Source: a virus (taxonomy: Duplodnaviria; Caudoviricetes). From it: a stretch of DNA of 64,000 nucleotides. Positions 49,101 to 57,042 of the stretch are shown here, piece after piece (positions within the stretch are counted from its first letter, which is position 1; every line of letters begins with the position of its first letter). The stretch is from the IMG/VR virus record IMGVR_UViG_3300025087_000034. One strand, 5' to 3'. A model generated the notes under the pieces. The model had not been told where the DNA came from and ran no database searches. It saw only the letters and a program-made list of their open reading frames with translations. The position numbers and the translations under genes are program-made.

Positions 49101-50873
49101 TATGGTAGGGATGTCTCGATGTCCCCTGCTGGTCCCCACTTTGACCCAAGGACGGGGGAATTAACTAATGTGGTTGGGAGGCTTAGGGGCGAGCAGGGGG
49201 CTTTGCCTCTTAATTTACCGGGGGTGCAGGCATTACCTGGTGGGGCTACTCGTAGTTTTAATGCCCTAGATGTTTCTAATACCCAATTGACAGAGCAGGC
49301 ATTTACTAGGAGGCTTCGGTACGAGAGGTCTAGAGGGGCGCCCAGAGAGGAGTTACTTAAGTTAGAGAATGAGCTGCTCGAGTTGAGGCTTACACTAATA
49401 GATGATCTGGCTGACATAAAAAACTATTGGAAAGTTTCTGAGCGGTATTCGGAGGTTTCCAGGAGGGGGGCTTCAAGGGGGGACTTGTGGGAAGCTGAGG
49501 AAGTTGCTGACCTGGCTCATAGGAGGGCTTTTAATGAGTTATATTTAGATCTTGAGCTTCTAAAACCAACAAGGGAAGGTGTCCCAGGACCTTCTCCATA
49601 CGCAGAATCTTTAGGAAGGGCACGAACAATAAGGGCATTTGTTTCTGGCGGAGCTGTTTCTGGTTCGGGGGGGCCTATGTCGGATAGGGTTCCTGCGCTC
49701 CTTAGTAATGGGGAGTATGTAATACCGGCTGGGGCTGTTAAGAGATATGGGTCAGCTTTCTTTGATAGCTTAGCTAAGCCTAAAAAGTTGGCTAGTGGTG
49801 GTGTGGTAAGCGGTGGTATGTCTTTAGGGTTTGAACCTCGTGTGCTAGAGGGTTTAACCACAGCTATAAAAATAGCTACAGATGAAATAATGATAAATCT
49901 TAGGGGGGTACAGCAAAGAAGCCTCGACCTTATAGGTAATAGGGGTGTTTTACAAAGGCCTGTGAGTGAGGTAGCAGGAGGTTCTGCTTCTGGTGGTGCG
50001 GATATAGTTAGTGTATTAAAGGAGGTATTGCTTTCAGCTAGCCCATCTATGACTGGGGCAACTCCAGAGCAGCGAGGTTGGCAAGCCACGGGTAAGTCTA
50101 GTGGGTATATGGTGAATGTAGCTGGTATGGGGGCTGTTTCTGAAGACCAAATGAAGTCTTTGGTTGGTCCTAAAGGAGCAGTTAATGTTACTGGTCTTGG
50201 TGGGACGTCTGTGTCTGAGGTAGATCGTCTTATGGGTGGGGGAAAGTGGAAGCCTGCTGGGGAAGGTTCTATGGGTATGTCAGAACAGGATTTTCGTAAG
50301 TATATGGAAAGAGAGCACTTGCAGGCAGATGTAGAATTGGCGGCTGACGAGGCTACTTCTAAGTTGCCGGGGTTTAAACAGCCAGGCCAGGAGGCTGTTA
50401 GTGGCGGGGCTATGGATATAGATGCTTTGGCAGAAAGAATATACACAGCTATTGTTGATGGTTTTAAGGGAGGGGAGATAAGACTAGACCAGGACAGCTT
50501 GGTTTCTTTGCAGAAGGCTGTTGCAGCTGGTGTGGTGGAGGGCTCTTCTTCTATCAAGGAAGCCATTGTTGAGGCCCTGCCTTCTTTACAGGCTAGTGCT
50601 GGAGGCAGTGTGGGTCCTGCTTTACAGGGTAAGCTTGATGAATTAGAGGGTGGCATGCTTATAGTAACGGATGGTTTGGTACAATTAAAAACAGATATGA
50701 CCACAACCATAAATGAAAGATTTAGTGATATGGAAACACAGCTTACATCAAATGTAGACAGGACGTATAAACCAGAAATAGTTAGTATAAAGGGAGAATT
50801 GCAAAGAATTGAGGGGTTTGTTAAGCAAGTATCGGCTATGGCCCATGCGTCGTTATCGAGGTCCACTGATTAA
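40110..50873 (+). CDS. Tape measure protein (TP901-type core), 3587 aa
   Basis: Core motif VDAWNEVANRNAVTEGTLTDALKKAGSAA..VGV.FDELNGMITAIG..TRQPG.EIGTSL; hydrophobic segments; two GG...G....DRVPA.L..GEYV motifs. Confidence 0.92.
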   Translation: MAGSKNKYIFDLLFNISTQGGTKGGGIGAGGGGTSAAATELNAVLSSLVKTLKDFQRGLETASSGASHTGGGAGPTVNTGEAGKAAKSAVDATTEALKSVAEEAQKAAEQEAKVASKEAGAALGDVADSFKTLRENIGKHLRASEATVVSSAVSQYRTAARAMSSQVSELNRSSVTAGDMGLNKVMDKVRSSLQGVDVEVKLHLDNLVNMLKERGAGGIVAPAIVESSILNLRRTLSSKNIGSGSEAKRASAVVESFGREVIRKIQDNLVTELDSLASTFDLAVGAGQETKARQLSSKILESSQTLISFMEAVARAGGTGVINPAVMSKGGRGVAPLVTPEASFLFRKPSNLEAGLSSTQQEALVLLRSMKEVPDVTERVRQAFALLYKDAGGNLIKLRQNFGVVVEAMKTSPQFQLLDRREAALAAKTLDQYAKALETISISGGDKIRIPRFITELAGSTGKAALQGINALRDKIAAAAKISGGARQEKVLEVEDTAGGLQKYLVSLTKAGNTADKVRVQVRQLNKELSAKEGLTLAFRRVAMWGSAAGIVYGGVAMLRSAVKTMKDVEFGVASLGKVMVEADKDFAAFSENVIKFAMKMAKSYGASLAEVIGAMQIFAQQGFEMIDVQRLTEAAVLAANVTVLNQKDAAEGLTSALHQFGIEASNAIQIVDAWNEVANRNAVTEGTLTDALKKAGSAAASVGVNFDELNGMITAIGTATRQPGKEIGTSLRFIFQRTVRPETVSELAKVGVITKDLQGNFRGFMPILIELADRWDTLTRSQRLSVATALGGARQYNSVLALLNNFGLVLKASEESSNSQGSAMRENARIMETAEKVFAKLRASADNLAVSFGNTLLPVMKGVATGGEVFLNVINAIPDALKGVLAGIAVASIGFTRFASSIDMALTSSLAAGGGSIAGVFSSMAKGLAGGPKNQAFLENVSKMGKLDKMSQSMKEIPDYSAAAGKHLAGMGGIVKDLNGNIIYNVESMSKLQLATRGAHLEMSTLAANGAVGLAALNSPINKVLVGLGKFGKLVFVYLFTGLGNLAGLLPVVGKGLRDLFSTMVAGRIATLGFASSLVLFAGVAAAIGVGIAALVKWGKESGSAGRVAEEAVSSELAKREEVLRTINKQLSMYKQLEVQSKKAERGAQKTEDERIKEAVNTGVYKSSSFERLELEKAKQKHALPMAMVSPGLIEGFDKFGNVITKASYAFDDFTSSAIKAQAQLVAFSRLKIAEGYSKDAIKAFDKLTGSMDDMVAVKGFLSPQTEGLGMLVAGMDLWAESVDKVISKELELKTALSQVETQISRIPKQAGVEAFGVFGFNESVSKALDLAAGRLSPAYSKTYGKTLGGGDILNKMFLQSRGVSGAGYTGEETASKLKQRNILEKPIDAFLKEVSEARRKMRGGELLIFEEGSSFGFDQAVIRVNQGGEAVVEAIDSKGRDIKVSLFEALASARNESIKVFDLSQLRQQASESLLRVKRQIAGAGAGLFSFPGKIDFGVKFNFELGDTDRLQKVGKEATSMLLEVFKSQTKYNSAVREYQKTLKQQGVAGVEGVISTQGKQQLDIQAVTISTITNIVRLASEVEKLGSSLDKAVFKLEEARIGDRVEAEFATVFGSTAGLADKLTITLPKTFGQLSPAERVVQLSPEFAIGMRSMDRLVTTLKAQILSTRMFSGRDIPRMFKDFTDKDRDVLSSEIERLGGDEKTATQNTLLLSIRNTNKEGFDALLNALGVQTKEVKQQEKKNPVDKLVDAFSVNLASVLVSKGVGPVSVGDIAERAMAVSRRGAGVGGQPMVSEPEVFKGIKDVLRSAFEKGVAPEELYGKVLSFWEKLYKEAQEREKLVRGAGGMASPVSRQGIAQARASSENLEVIRSFIDNLKELGSEKFKGIYERVLAQRSVGAGGVGAIDISKAAQTLRIQGEKAGFKETERLVGATDELLVAKLKEAQISKEASQQIALFATRLTSYSDSLIQGFENIPLKVGEILSAGMLNAPIAGAAKGVFAPKIQLGKSVDELSPMESLVKKFPEVRGVVIAELERQEALKVFSQQQQKYLQAEVELQRELNSVQDPQGRKVLVTLQERFNNLHISTASAVGAANDNMAPFIESLTEMSRLEQVAKNLEDIVKGLKKIKDLRFDETSLDIAFGKHPLSPTPGVFGQPAGLNKYERDLYSIEQKGKGPHTLEEFSKLAIQKKQVEFARKEALIQYTQGKENQKLAQEVDAAKRAMGILWDAQYKGVEGLNPLISMLKSELSSAGEVISTMGGKKEFRGVPGLFGAREEIAKVQEAVKEREFAVQRKVVMQPLEDLTATGNKLLEEIKGLLDTKGGEDEKKAQQIEEGALKGTGGIVAEGVKNLSMLGDNLSKVLSGGVDNFRTMFDAIDALSQGNLKSFGTAIDTVTKSLAGIVAAIPAPQNVPAGRPDFSASVEKQASGGKISGPAGIDRVPAMLTSGEYVIPKASVDKFGVSFMDSLKNGKLPGFNRGGFVRKYAQAGFVSKLTDDEKDYIYDFYKADAQAREIIEGSLSKPVGTKETNIFANLGKVSKDREELLGESAGGGGGFMRGPNGEVIAMGDIGRIRRNVFSPAEKISKQPTRDWITSKQLIDQYDSLKSKEELQELAYSVKNAGSLLGPEKDFVESLRQGLDPGLVFLGQMQGQFGEGNKIIQGSLEKPASTTISELKKKELEAKKLVGATLGNIKGFDPREVLDKERSKTLESLKNLGGTIGGFIGKQFDPDDAMIKEMTKGEDTWKDFGKGVGRGSMGLVSDVLSGDILEKTVKGAIDFSKVAAKIGWEQVTTSPIETAIKGEKSTALKLWEGIWGAPLGQKGEMLGGLLPSLLLPGAGVKVAGKAGNLKGGLKSRKKVTGKKADITEAQWLDIVRAFKEEGLFVDPLLKSGTITGGGSRVGPNVGGLSKVMVDRGQLYGQVGMGKLMAPDLAPVKGRMSRYMGEARKIVGDVGVPRGESKGNLIGYVETLLSKGVSKDEITNMLASTQRMSRGYGRDVSMSPAGPHFDPRTGELTNVVGRLRGEQGALPLNLPGVQALPGGATRSFNALDVSNTQLTEQAFTRRLRYERSRGAPREELLKLENELLELRLTLIDDLADIKNYWKVSERYSEVSRRGASRGDLWEAEEVADLAHRRAFNELYLDLELLKPTREGVPGPSPYAESLGRARTIRAFVSGGAVSGSGGPMSDRVPALLSNGEYVIPAGAVKRYGSAFFDSLAKPKKLASGGVVSGGMSLGFEPRVLEGLTTAIKIATDEIMINLRGVQQRSLDLIGNRGVLQRPVSEVAGGSASGGADIVSVLKEVLLSASPSMTGATPEQRGWQATGKSSGYMVNVAGMGAVSEDQMKSLVGPKGAVNVTGLGGTSVSEVDRLMGGGKWKPAGEGSMGMSEQDFRKYMEREHLQADVELAADEATSKLPGFKQPGQEAVSGGAMDIDALAERIYTAIVDGFKGGEIRLDQDSLVSLQKAVAAGVVEGSSSIKEAIVEALPSLQASAGGSVGPALQGKLDELEGGMLIVTDGLVQLKTDMTTTINERFSDMETQLTSNVDRTYKPEIVSIKGELQRIEGFVKQVSAMAHASLSRSTD

Positions 50874-52795
50874 TGCCCACCCCAGTAAATTTTAGCAGCA
50901 GTCCAAATTTTAGTACTACTAGCTATAGTTATGATTGGGCGTCTAGGTATGCTCCAGCAGACGATGGTAATTGTTCAGAGAATGTGGCCGTAAAAGTTTT
51001 AACTGACAACGGGATACCAATAAGAGGGCAGATACCGTCTAGAGGAAATCTTTGTGGTGTAGATATAAATAATATGCCTTGTTTGGACGCTATTGCTTTT
51101 TCTTTGGCGGAGAATTTGATAGACGGAAAGTTCATTGAATGTTATATGGACGCAGATGGCTTTGCTTATTTTGTAGATATATATCCAAATGCAGAAACTG
51201 TTGATTTAGATATACGTTCATGTGTTCCGACTACGTCTATAGATAATAAAGTAGACCTGGTAATTGTTAGGGGATATGATACCCCACCTGTTAGGTACTT
51301 TAAGGATTTTGAATCATTGAAGTGGCTTGACGTAGATAGCCTATCTTTACATTCAGATGTTGAGGAAATTTGTCAGGGTCGTTTTTTTATTACAGAAGCG
51401 TGGAAGTCATATAAGGACCCTGTTTTGGAATCTTCATATAAAGATGGAGTAGAAAGTTTATATGATGTTAAAGAATTTGAGAGCCTGGCTGGTTATGTTA
51501 TTGATTTTGACGGGTCTACAAGGGTGGGCGTTAAGTATTCTATGAGTCCTACTACTACGGTTTTTAGGGACGTTTATGTACCTGGTAGCGTTGGTACTAC
51601 TCCTGTGACAATACAGGGGTGCTCTAATACACCTTTGGTTGTAGCCTCTACAGGTTTGGGTAGTTTTACTGAAGTAGATAGGTATGGAGAGGATTGGCCC
51701 CTATTTAATAACGTACAGGCTATTTATATATCTGGGTACAAGATTACTAATGTAGAGGATTTTTCTGCTTTTGGTGGTTTAAGTGACAATGGTCCCGTTT
51801 ATATATGGACCGACGGTAAAAAGCAGCTAATAAACCTACCTACGTCAAATTGGCACTGGGAGAGGGATGGTAGTGGAAATATAACAGTAAAGTTATACTA
51901 TCAAGTACCTGAAAATAATCATATTGCTGATGCCTTATTTAATTCTGGTGGTACTAAGTATTTAATGCGCCCACCTGATAGTAATAACCCAGTTCCTACG
52001 GTTAGTTTGATTATGGGGGCAGCGGGGGATTTATACCCGTATCTTGGTGGTGGTATGGGGATGGCGGTTTCAAAGTGTTTTGCTGCTATAGAGTTAGACA
52101 GACCCTGTGTTATGGTTACAGACCCAGAGGGCTTTGCATATTCTTTAGCATACGAGTTAGAAATAAAGTACCAGCCCATAGTAGTTGAAGATAAGCCGGC
52201 CCCTGTAGCCTATACCTTTGGTGGCGGGGCTAGCTTAGTAGATCATACCTTGGATTTGTACGATACAGACCCTAGTACTTTGCAGGATCCACCAGATTCT
52301 GTGGAGGGCTCCATGGCTTGGTTACAATCTCATACTAGTGGTAATACTGTTGATGTTTCTTTTCCGTTTTTGGACGAGGGTGGTTGTATGGCTGTTGCTG
52401 GTACATTATATAGTATACAAAAAGAAGAAATGACGCAGTATAGTTTGGTTTGTGGGCCAAAATCTCAGCCTAAACTTGGGGCAAAGGTTAATGGGTTTGA
52501 TGGTCGTATAAATCGTATTTCTGAAAGTTTTCAGGACGGCTCTTCATATAATATAAATGTTTCTATTGGCCCAACATTCCCACAAGCTAAGGGGTTTCAG
52601 CAGAGTCTTTGGACTAGAAAGACGGACGATGTTTCTCGTGAAGGTATAGTCCTTAGTTCTTCTGGGGACGGTGTTAATTATGTTGTTCGTGTTAGGGGCC
52701 TGGGTGTTTTTCAGGCGGTAAATAAAACCGCGAATGCATATGTTGCTGGTGATAAAGTAAGTGTTACTGTTTATAATGTTTTGCAGGAGTACTAA
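50873..52795 (+). CDS. Putative tail tip/hub protein
   Basis: 640 aa immediately after the tape measure gene (TAATG coupling); beta-rich. Confidence 0.5.
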   Translation: MPTPVNFSSSPNFSTTSYSYDWASRYAPADDGNCSENVAVKVLTDNGIPIRGQIPSRGNLCGVDINNMPCLDAIAFSLAENLIDGKFIECYMDADGFAYFVDIYPNAETVDLDIRSCVPTTSIDNKVDLVIVRGYDTPPVRYFKDFESLKWLDVDSLSLHSDVEEICQGRFFITEAWKSYKDPVLESSYKDGVESLYDVKEFESLAGYVIDFDGSTRVGVKYSMSPTTTVFRDVYVPGSVGTTPVTIQGCSNTPLVVASTGLGSFTEVDRYGEDWPLFNNVQAIYISGYKITNVEDFSAFGGLSDNGPVYIWTDGKKQLINLPTSNWHWERDGSGNITVKLYYQVPENNHIADALFNSGGTKYLMRPPDSNNPVPTVSLIMGAAGDLYPYLGGGMGMAVSKCFAAIELDRPCVMVTDPEGFAYSLAYELEIKYQPIVVEDKPAPVAYTFGGGASLVDHTLDLYDTDPSTLQDPPDSVEGSMAWLQSHTSGNTVDVSFPFLDEGGCMAVAGTLYSIQKEEMTQYSLVCGPKSQPKLGAKVNGFDGRINRISESFQDGSSYNINVSIGPTFPQAKGFQQSLWTRKTDDVSREGIVLSSSGDGVNYVVRVRGLGVFQAVNKTANAYVAGDKVSVTVYNVLQEY

Positions 52796-53461
52796 ATGGC
52801 ACTTTCTTGTTTAAATATAGTCAATGAAAAAATAAGAGCTACGGTAAAATTTGGGGGGATAGAAATAAAAACCCCATATGTTAAGGCTTTTAATATAGAT
52901 AGTGCTAGACCAAAAGCGTCTGCAACATATAGTTTAACTGTAGAAATCCGGATGGGTGTTAATTTTACTCTTGGTGAGGATTTGGAAATTTGGGCGGGGG
53001 AAAAAGATAATGAAACAAAAAGATTTACAGGTATTATAGCAAATATAAACTCCCAACCAAATTATGATAAAGCAGGTTATTATGTATTACAAATATCAGG
53101 TTATGACAGACTAGGACTATTAGAACGTAAAACATTCTCAAGAAGACTAAGAAGTGATGGTTTTTCTATGTTTGCTGCCATTGAAGGTGGTCCTACAAAT
53201 AGACCAACAAGAGGATACTCAACAGAAAAAAGAATTACTAATGGTAAACATACGTATATGTCTTCATCTCCTAGACCAGATAAAATAGAAAATTCAGAAA
53301 TAAGGTGGATGCCAACAAGGGGTAATGATAGGCATGGGTCTCTAAATAAAGCCAGTAGGTTAGAATACGGAAATCTGGACGCAAGCCAAACAATAAAGCC
53401 ACATGATCATAGCACGTTAGAGAAAATGGGGCCCAGTTTTGGGGTGTATAGTGCTGACTAG
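52796..53461 (+). CDS. Putative tail tip protein
   Basis: FTGII...........Y.LQISGYDRLGLL resembles hub-protein N-terminal signatures. Confidence 0.45.
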   Translation: MALSCLNIVNEKIRATVKFGGIEIKTPYVKAFNIDSARPKASATYSLTVEIRMGVNFTLGEDLEIWAGEKDNETKRFTGIIANINSQPNYDKAGYYVLQISGYDRLGLLERKTFSRRLRSDGFSMFAAIEGGPTNRPTRGYSTEKRITNGKHTYMSSSPRPDKIENSEIRWMPTRGNDRHGSLNKASRLEYGNLDASQTIKPHDHSTLEKMGPSFGVYSAD

Positions 53462-53542
53462 TATATTCATTTGGGAATTTTCAGTATAAGGGAAAGTATG
53501 GTCGGGAGACTTTGATTTGTTTTTTGTTGGCCCAAATAAAAA

Positions 53543-53561
53543 TTTTCAGCGCGCCAAAAAA
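53543..53561. other. T-tract/CG-core/A-tract motif (intergenic copy)
   Basis: TTTTCAGCGCGCCAAAAAA, preceded by a second weaker copy TTTTTTTGTTGGCCCAAATAAAAA. Confidence 0.5.
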
Positions 53562-53617
53562 GAACTTACCAAAAGTTCAAAATTAATTTATTTATATATA
53601 AGAGGATAAAAGAAAAA

Positions 53618-54214
53618 TTGCCAGGATGTGGTTGTAATATAGTAGGTTTATTAAATATTAATTATCAAGGTATTATCTCCGCCTCGATCAACGGCGGCAC
53701 ATCGATCGAGGTGGCCGATGATGGTACTGTATTGATTGGTGCAACTATAAACAATCTGTCATTAAGTGCTTATCCATTTCCTCCTGGTGGTGATTTTTAT
53801 TTAGGTGTTACTTGTCCTTCTTCAGCACAGGCAAGTATAAATTGGTTGCAAAAGTATGATTGTTTTGAAAATAAGACTCATTTCATTCCAAAGGCGGGCG
53901 GAAAGGCCTCTATAACCGGCAGTAATATAGACGGTGTTACTCTTGGGTGTGACCCCGATATAGTGTCCTCGGCTTTTGATGCAAATGCTTCCGGTGGTCC
54001 TACATCACCCTATATAACTAACTATAGGCGCGATGGATTTAATTTGCGATTTTCCGGAACACCGATACCGATAAACAGTGGTTCTCCACAACCGTATAAT
54101 ATAGAATTGGGGGATGCAGGTATTTTGAAATGTTATTTACAGAGCTTTAGTTTGTCTGTATCTCCACCACAACCTGCTGTAGTTAACTACAGTTTTGTTT
54201 TTACTAACAATTAG
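53618..54214 (+). CDS. Putative tail-tip/distal tail protein (Cys-rich)
   Basis: 198 aa; C-terminal YLQSFSLSV.PPQPAVVNYSF beta pattern. Confidence 0.4.
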   Translation: MPGCGCNIVGLLNINYQGIISASINGGTSIEVADDGTVLIGATINNLSLSAYPFPPGGDFYLGVTCPSSAQASINWLQKYDCFENKTHFIPKAGGKASITGSNIDGVTLGCDPDIVSSAFDANASGGPTSPYITNYRRDGFNLRFSGTPIPINSGSPQPYNIELGDAGILKCYLQSFSLSVSPPQPAVVNYSFVFTNN

Positions 54215-54244
54215 ACTTTAGGGGTTTTTATAGGGGTTTTAAGT

Positions 54245-55309
54245 ATGTGTAGAAAATTTACATATGAAGAAGTCAAAGAGGCCTTTGAAGCTAGGGGGTA
54301 TACCTTGCTTAGTAAGGAATATATAAACTGTGATACAAAATTAGGGTACGAGTGTGTGGGGGGTCATTTCGGGGCCATGTCTTTTTACAGGTTTAAGGGT
54401 GGTACGAGGTGTCCTACTTGTGTAAGAAATAAAAAACTTACTTATGAGGAAGTTAAAGAGGCATTTGAGCTTAGAGGCTATGTTTTATTAAGTGATAACT
54501 ATGATAATGCTCAAACTAAATTAAGGTATAGGTGCCCAAAAGGGCACATTGGGTACACTACTTATGGTAATTTTTATCAGAAACATAGATGTCCTATTTG
54601 TTATCATGAGGAACGCAAATTTTCGTACGAGGAAGTTAATAAAAGTTTTACAGCTAGGGGCTATACGCTCCTTAGTTCAGACTATAAAAATAACAGCACT
54701 AAGTTAAATTATAGGTGTCGCAGGAATCATTTGGGGGCAATGCCCTATAGTCAGTTTTTGCGGGGGCATAATTGTCCAGAGTGTTATGCACAAGACTGTT
54801 ATTTAACTTACACGGATGTTAAGGAAGTCTTTGAAGCTAGGGGCTATGTATTGCTTAGTGACACATATATAAATACTAATACTAAGTTGAAGTATAAATG
54901 TCCAAACGGGCATATTGGGGCTATGTCTTATGGCCATTTTAGTCAAGGTAGTGATTGTCCAATTTGTGCGAGAAATTCCCACGTATCTAAAAGTTCTCAA
55001 CAATGGTTGGATTCTTTAGGCCTTCCCAAGGAAATGGGTATTAATAGGGAGGTTAATTTGAGGGTCGGGGGTATTAGGTTTAAGGTTGATGGTTTTGATT
55101 CAGAAACCAATACTGTGTATGAGTTTCTTGGTAGCTATTGGCATGGAAATCCAGCAGTGCACAGGCCGGATGAAATTAATGAGCGGTCTGGAAAAACCTT
55201 TGGTAAGCTTTATAAAGAAACTTTTGAACGGTTTGATAGTATAAAACAAGCTGGCTATAACATAAAATATGTTTGGGAAGGGGATTTGGGCACTGTGTAT
55301 AGTTACTAA
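54245..55309 (+). CDS. Repeat-array endonuclease: 4 x ~61-aa CxxGH/CxxC repeats + DUF559/Vsr-like nuclease
   Basis: YEEVK..F..RGY.LLS..Y.N..TKL.Y.C..GH.G.M.Y..F..G..CP.C x4; KVDGFD..TNTVYEFLGSYWHGNP. Confidence 0.78.
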   Translation: MCRKFTYEEVKEAFEARGYTLLSKEYINCDTKLGYECVGGHFGAMSFYRFKGGTRCPTCVRNKKLTYEEVKEAFELRGYVLLSDNYDNAQTKLRYRCPKGHIGYTTYGNFYQKHRCPICYHEERKFSYEEVNKSFTARGYTLLSSDYKNNSTKLNYRCRRNHLGAMPYSQFLRGHNCPECYAQDCYLTYTDVKEVFEARGYVLLSDTYINTNTKLKYKCPNGHIGAMSYGHFSQGSDCPICARNSHVSKSSQQWLDSLGLPKEMGINREVNLRVGGIRFKVDGFDSETNTVYEFLGSYWHGNPAVHRPDEINERSGKTFGKLYKETFERFDSIKQAGYNIKYVWEGDLGTVYSY

Positions 55310-55339
55310 ATCTTTTACTAAGAGAATAAATAATTAAAA

Positions 55340-55684
55340 ATGATACAAATAGAAAAATATAGAATAAGAGGTTCTGGAATTCAACCGAAATCGTCTGGTT
55401 GTCCTTCGGGCGCCCCCCACATGTACTATTTTCAGTCGTTCGGGGCCGAACGTACAATAGTAGATGTGTACGAAGCTAAAACTATACTCTTAAAATCAGA
55501 AGATTTTCAAGGGGTTAAATATGGGGATGAAGAAAGTCCAATTTTTAGAAACTCTACATTTGTACGTGCTTCTTATTCTGGTAGACCATTAAGAAATACT
55601 GACGGAACATTGGTGTTTACAGCTCAAGAAGAACATATAATGGAATTTGTTGACGAGGACGAGGTTCCTGGTTGGAGCGACTAG
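55340..55684 (+). CDS. Hypothetical protein (tail-tip cluster)
   Basis: 114-aa ORF between two nuclease genes. Confidence 0.55.
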   Translation: MIQIEKYRIRGSGIQPKSSGCPSGAPHMYYFQSFGAERTIVDVYEAKTILLKSEDFQGVKYGDEESPIFRNSTFVRASYSGRPLRNTDGTLVFTAQEEHIMEFVDEDEVPGWSD

Positions 55685-55691
55685 ATTTAAA

Positions 55692-56609
55692 ATGGGTAAA
55701 AAGAAAACATTAGAAGAAGTTGAGCAGGATTTTTTGGTACGTGGTTATACACTGCTAAGTGATAGTTATTTAAATAATAAGACTAAATTATGCTATTCAT
55801 GCTCGGAAGGGCATACCAACTCTATGACTCGTAGCGAGCTTATACAAGGAAGCCATTGTCCAACGTGTAATATAGAGAGACAAAAGGTTCCGTTAGCAGT
55901 TATAAAGGAAGCTTTTGATAGTGTAGGGTATAAACTGTACGAGCAGCCTTATATTAATAGTGGTACTAAGTTAGATTATACTTGTAATAAGGGTCACCAT
56001 AGGTCTATGACTTGGAGTAATTTTAGAAATGGCCAGAGGTGCTTGGTGTGTTTTTGGGAATCAATGCGGCTGGATATTGGATATGTTAGGGAGGTTTTTT
56101 TAGCCCGGGGGTATACTTTAGTAAGCGATACTTACGGGAATGCTTTTTCTAAGTTAGATTATATATGCCCAAAGGGCCATTTTGGTAGTATGCGGTTTAA
56201 CGATTTTCAACAAAAGCATGATTGTCCTATTTGTGCAGAGGATTCGTCTGTTTCTAAAATATCACAGGTGTGGTTGGATTCTTTGGGCGTTCCTAACAAA
56301 TTAGGCCAATATAGGGAAGTATGGAAAAAAATAGGGGGAAGGCTACTAAAGCTAGATGGTTTTGTAGAAAAAACTAATATGGCGTATGAATTTTTGGGTG
56401 ATTACTACCATGGTAACCCAACCAGATTCAACCCCGGCGAAATGAACAAAACTGCTGGAAAGACCTTTGGTGAGTTATTTGATACTACGATGGAGAGGTT
56501 AGACCTGATAAGGAAAGAGGGTTTCAATCTTGTTTATATATGGGAAAAAGATTTTGGTTATATTGTTAATAAAGACGAGCTAGTGAGATATAAGCACACA
56601 TGCCCCTAG
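55692..56609 (+). CDS. Repeat-array endonuclease: 3 x ~61-aa repeats + DUF559/Vsr-like nuclease
   Basis: Same family as 54245; probable start ATG 55692 (track start 55647 overlaps the upstream gene); KLDGF...AYEFLGDYYHGNP. Confidence 0.78.
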   Translation: MGKKKTLEEVEQDFLVRGYTLLSDSYLNNKTKLCYSCSEGHTNSMTRSELIQGSHCPTCNIERQKVPLAVIKEAFDSVGYKLYEQPYINSGTKLDYTCNKGHHRSMTWSNFRNGQRCLVCFWESMRLDIGYVREVFLARGYTLVSDTYGNAFSKLDYICPKGHFGSMRFNDFQQKHDCPICAEDSSVSKISQVWLDSLGVPNKLGQYREVWKKIGGRLLKLDGFVEKTNMAYEFLGDYYHGNPTRFNPGEMNKTAGKTFGELFDTTMERLDLIRKEGFNLVYIWEKDFGYIVNKDELVRYKHTCP

Positions 56610-56869
56610 TATGTTCAACCAGCGTAGTTAGTTATGAACAATTTGAATTTATAGATTGTAGTACACTTAATGTTTCATATAATGCTAGAGGTTTAGCTTC
56701 TGTAAGTTTTTCTGTAGTGTCTAGCAAGAACAGTATGGATAATAACTATACCAGTCTTACTATTGGGGAAGTTGATTTTAATGGTTATTTAGATAATGTT
56801 CAACTGTCTGTAATTCCAGGCACGACCGTATATGTATATCAAATAAGCCTACAAGCATTTGGCTGTTAA
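56600..56869 (+). CDS. Hypothetical protein (tail-tip cluster)
   Basis: 89 aa, beta-rich; overlaps the upstream nuclease stop. Confidence 0.55.
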   Translation: MPLVCSTSVVSYEQFEFIDCSTLNVSYNARGLASVSFSVVSSKNSMDNNYTSLTIGEVDFNGYLDNVQLSVIPGTTVYVYQISLQAFGC

Positions 56870-56883
56870 ATAGGAGAACTGCT

Positions 56884-57042
56884 ATGAGGTGTGGAGGATG
56901 CGGGAAAAGACCGCCAAAAAATAATTCGCGGCCACAAAAAAAGACCCCAAAAGAAAGTTCCCTTAAAAAGTATGCTTTCCTACACCCAAATCAAAAAGCA
57001 TTACTAGAGTCTATAGAAGCAGAAGAAAACAAGGAACAATAA
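56884..57042 (+). CDS. Small basic hypothetical protein (52 aa, below track cutoff)
   Basis: MRCGGCGKRPPKNNSRPQKKTPKESSLKKYAFLHPNQKALLESIEAEENKEQ*; SD AGGAG; abuts ATG 57043. Confidence 0.55.
   Translation: MRCGGCGKRPPKNNSRPQKKTPKESSLKKYAFLHPNQKALLESIEAEENKEQ

Noticed and set aside
49517-50866. 449-aa antisense ORF (also 47963-48799 and other minus-strand ORFs)
   Set aside because: Shadow frames of long G+T-biased + strand genes; low-complexity S/P/T/L-rich translations, no SD sites and no recognisable motifs.
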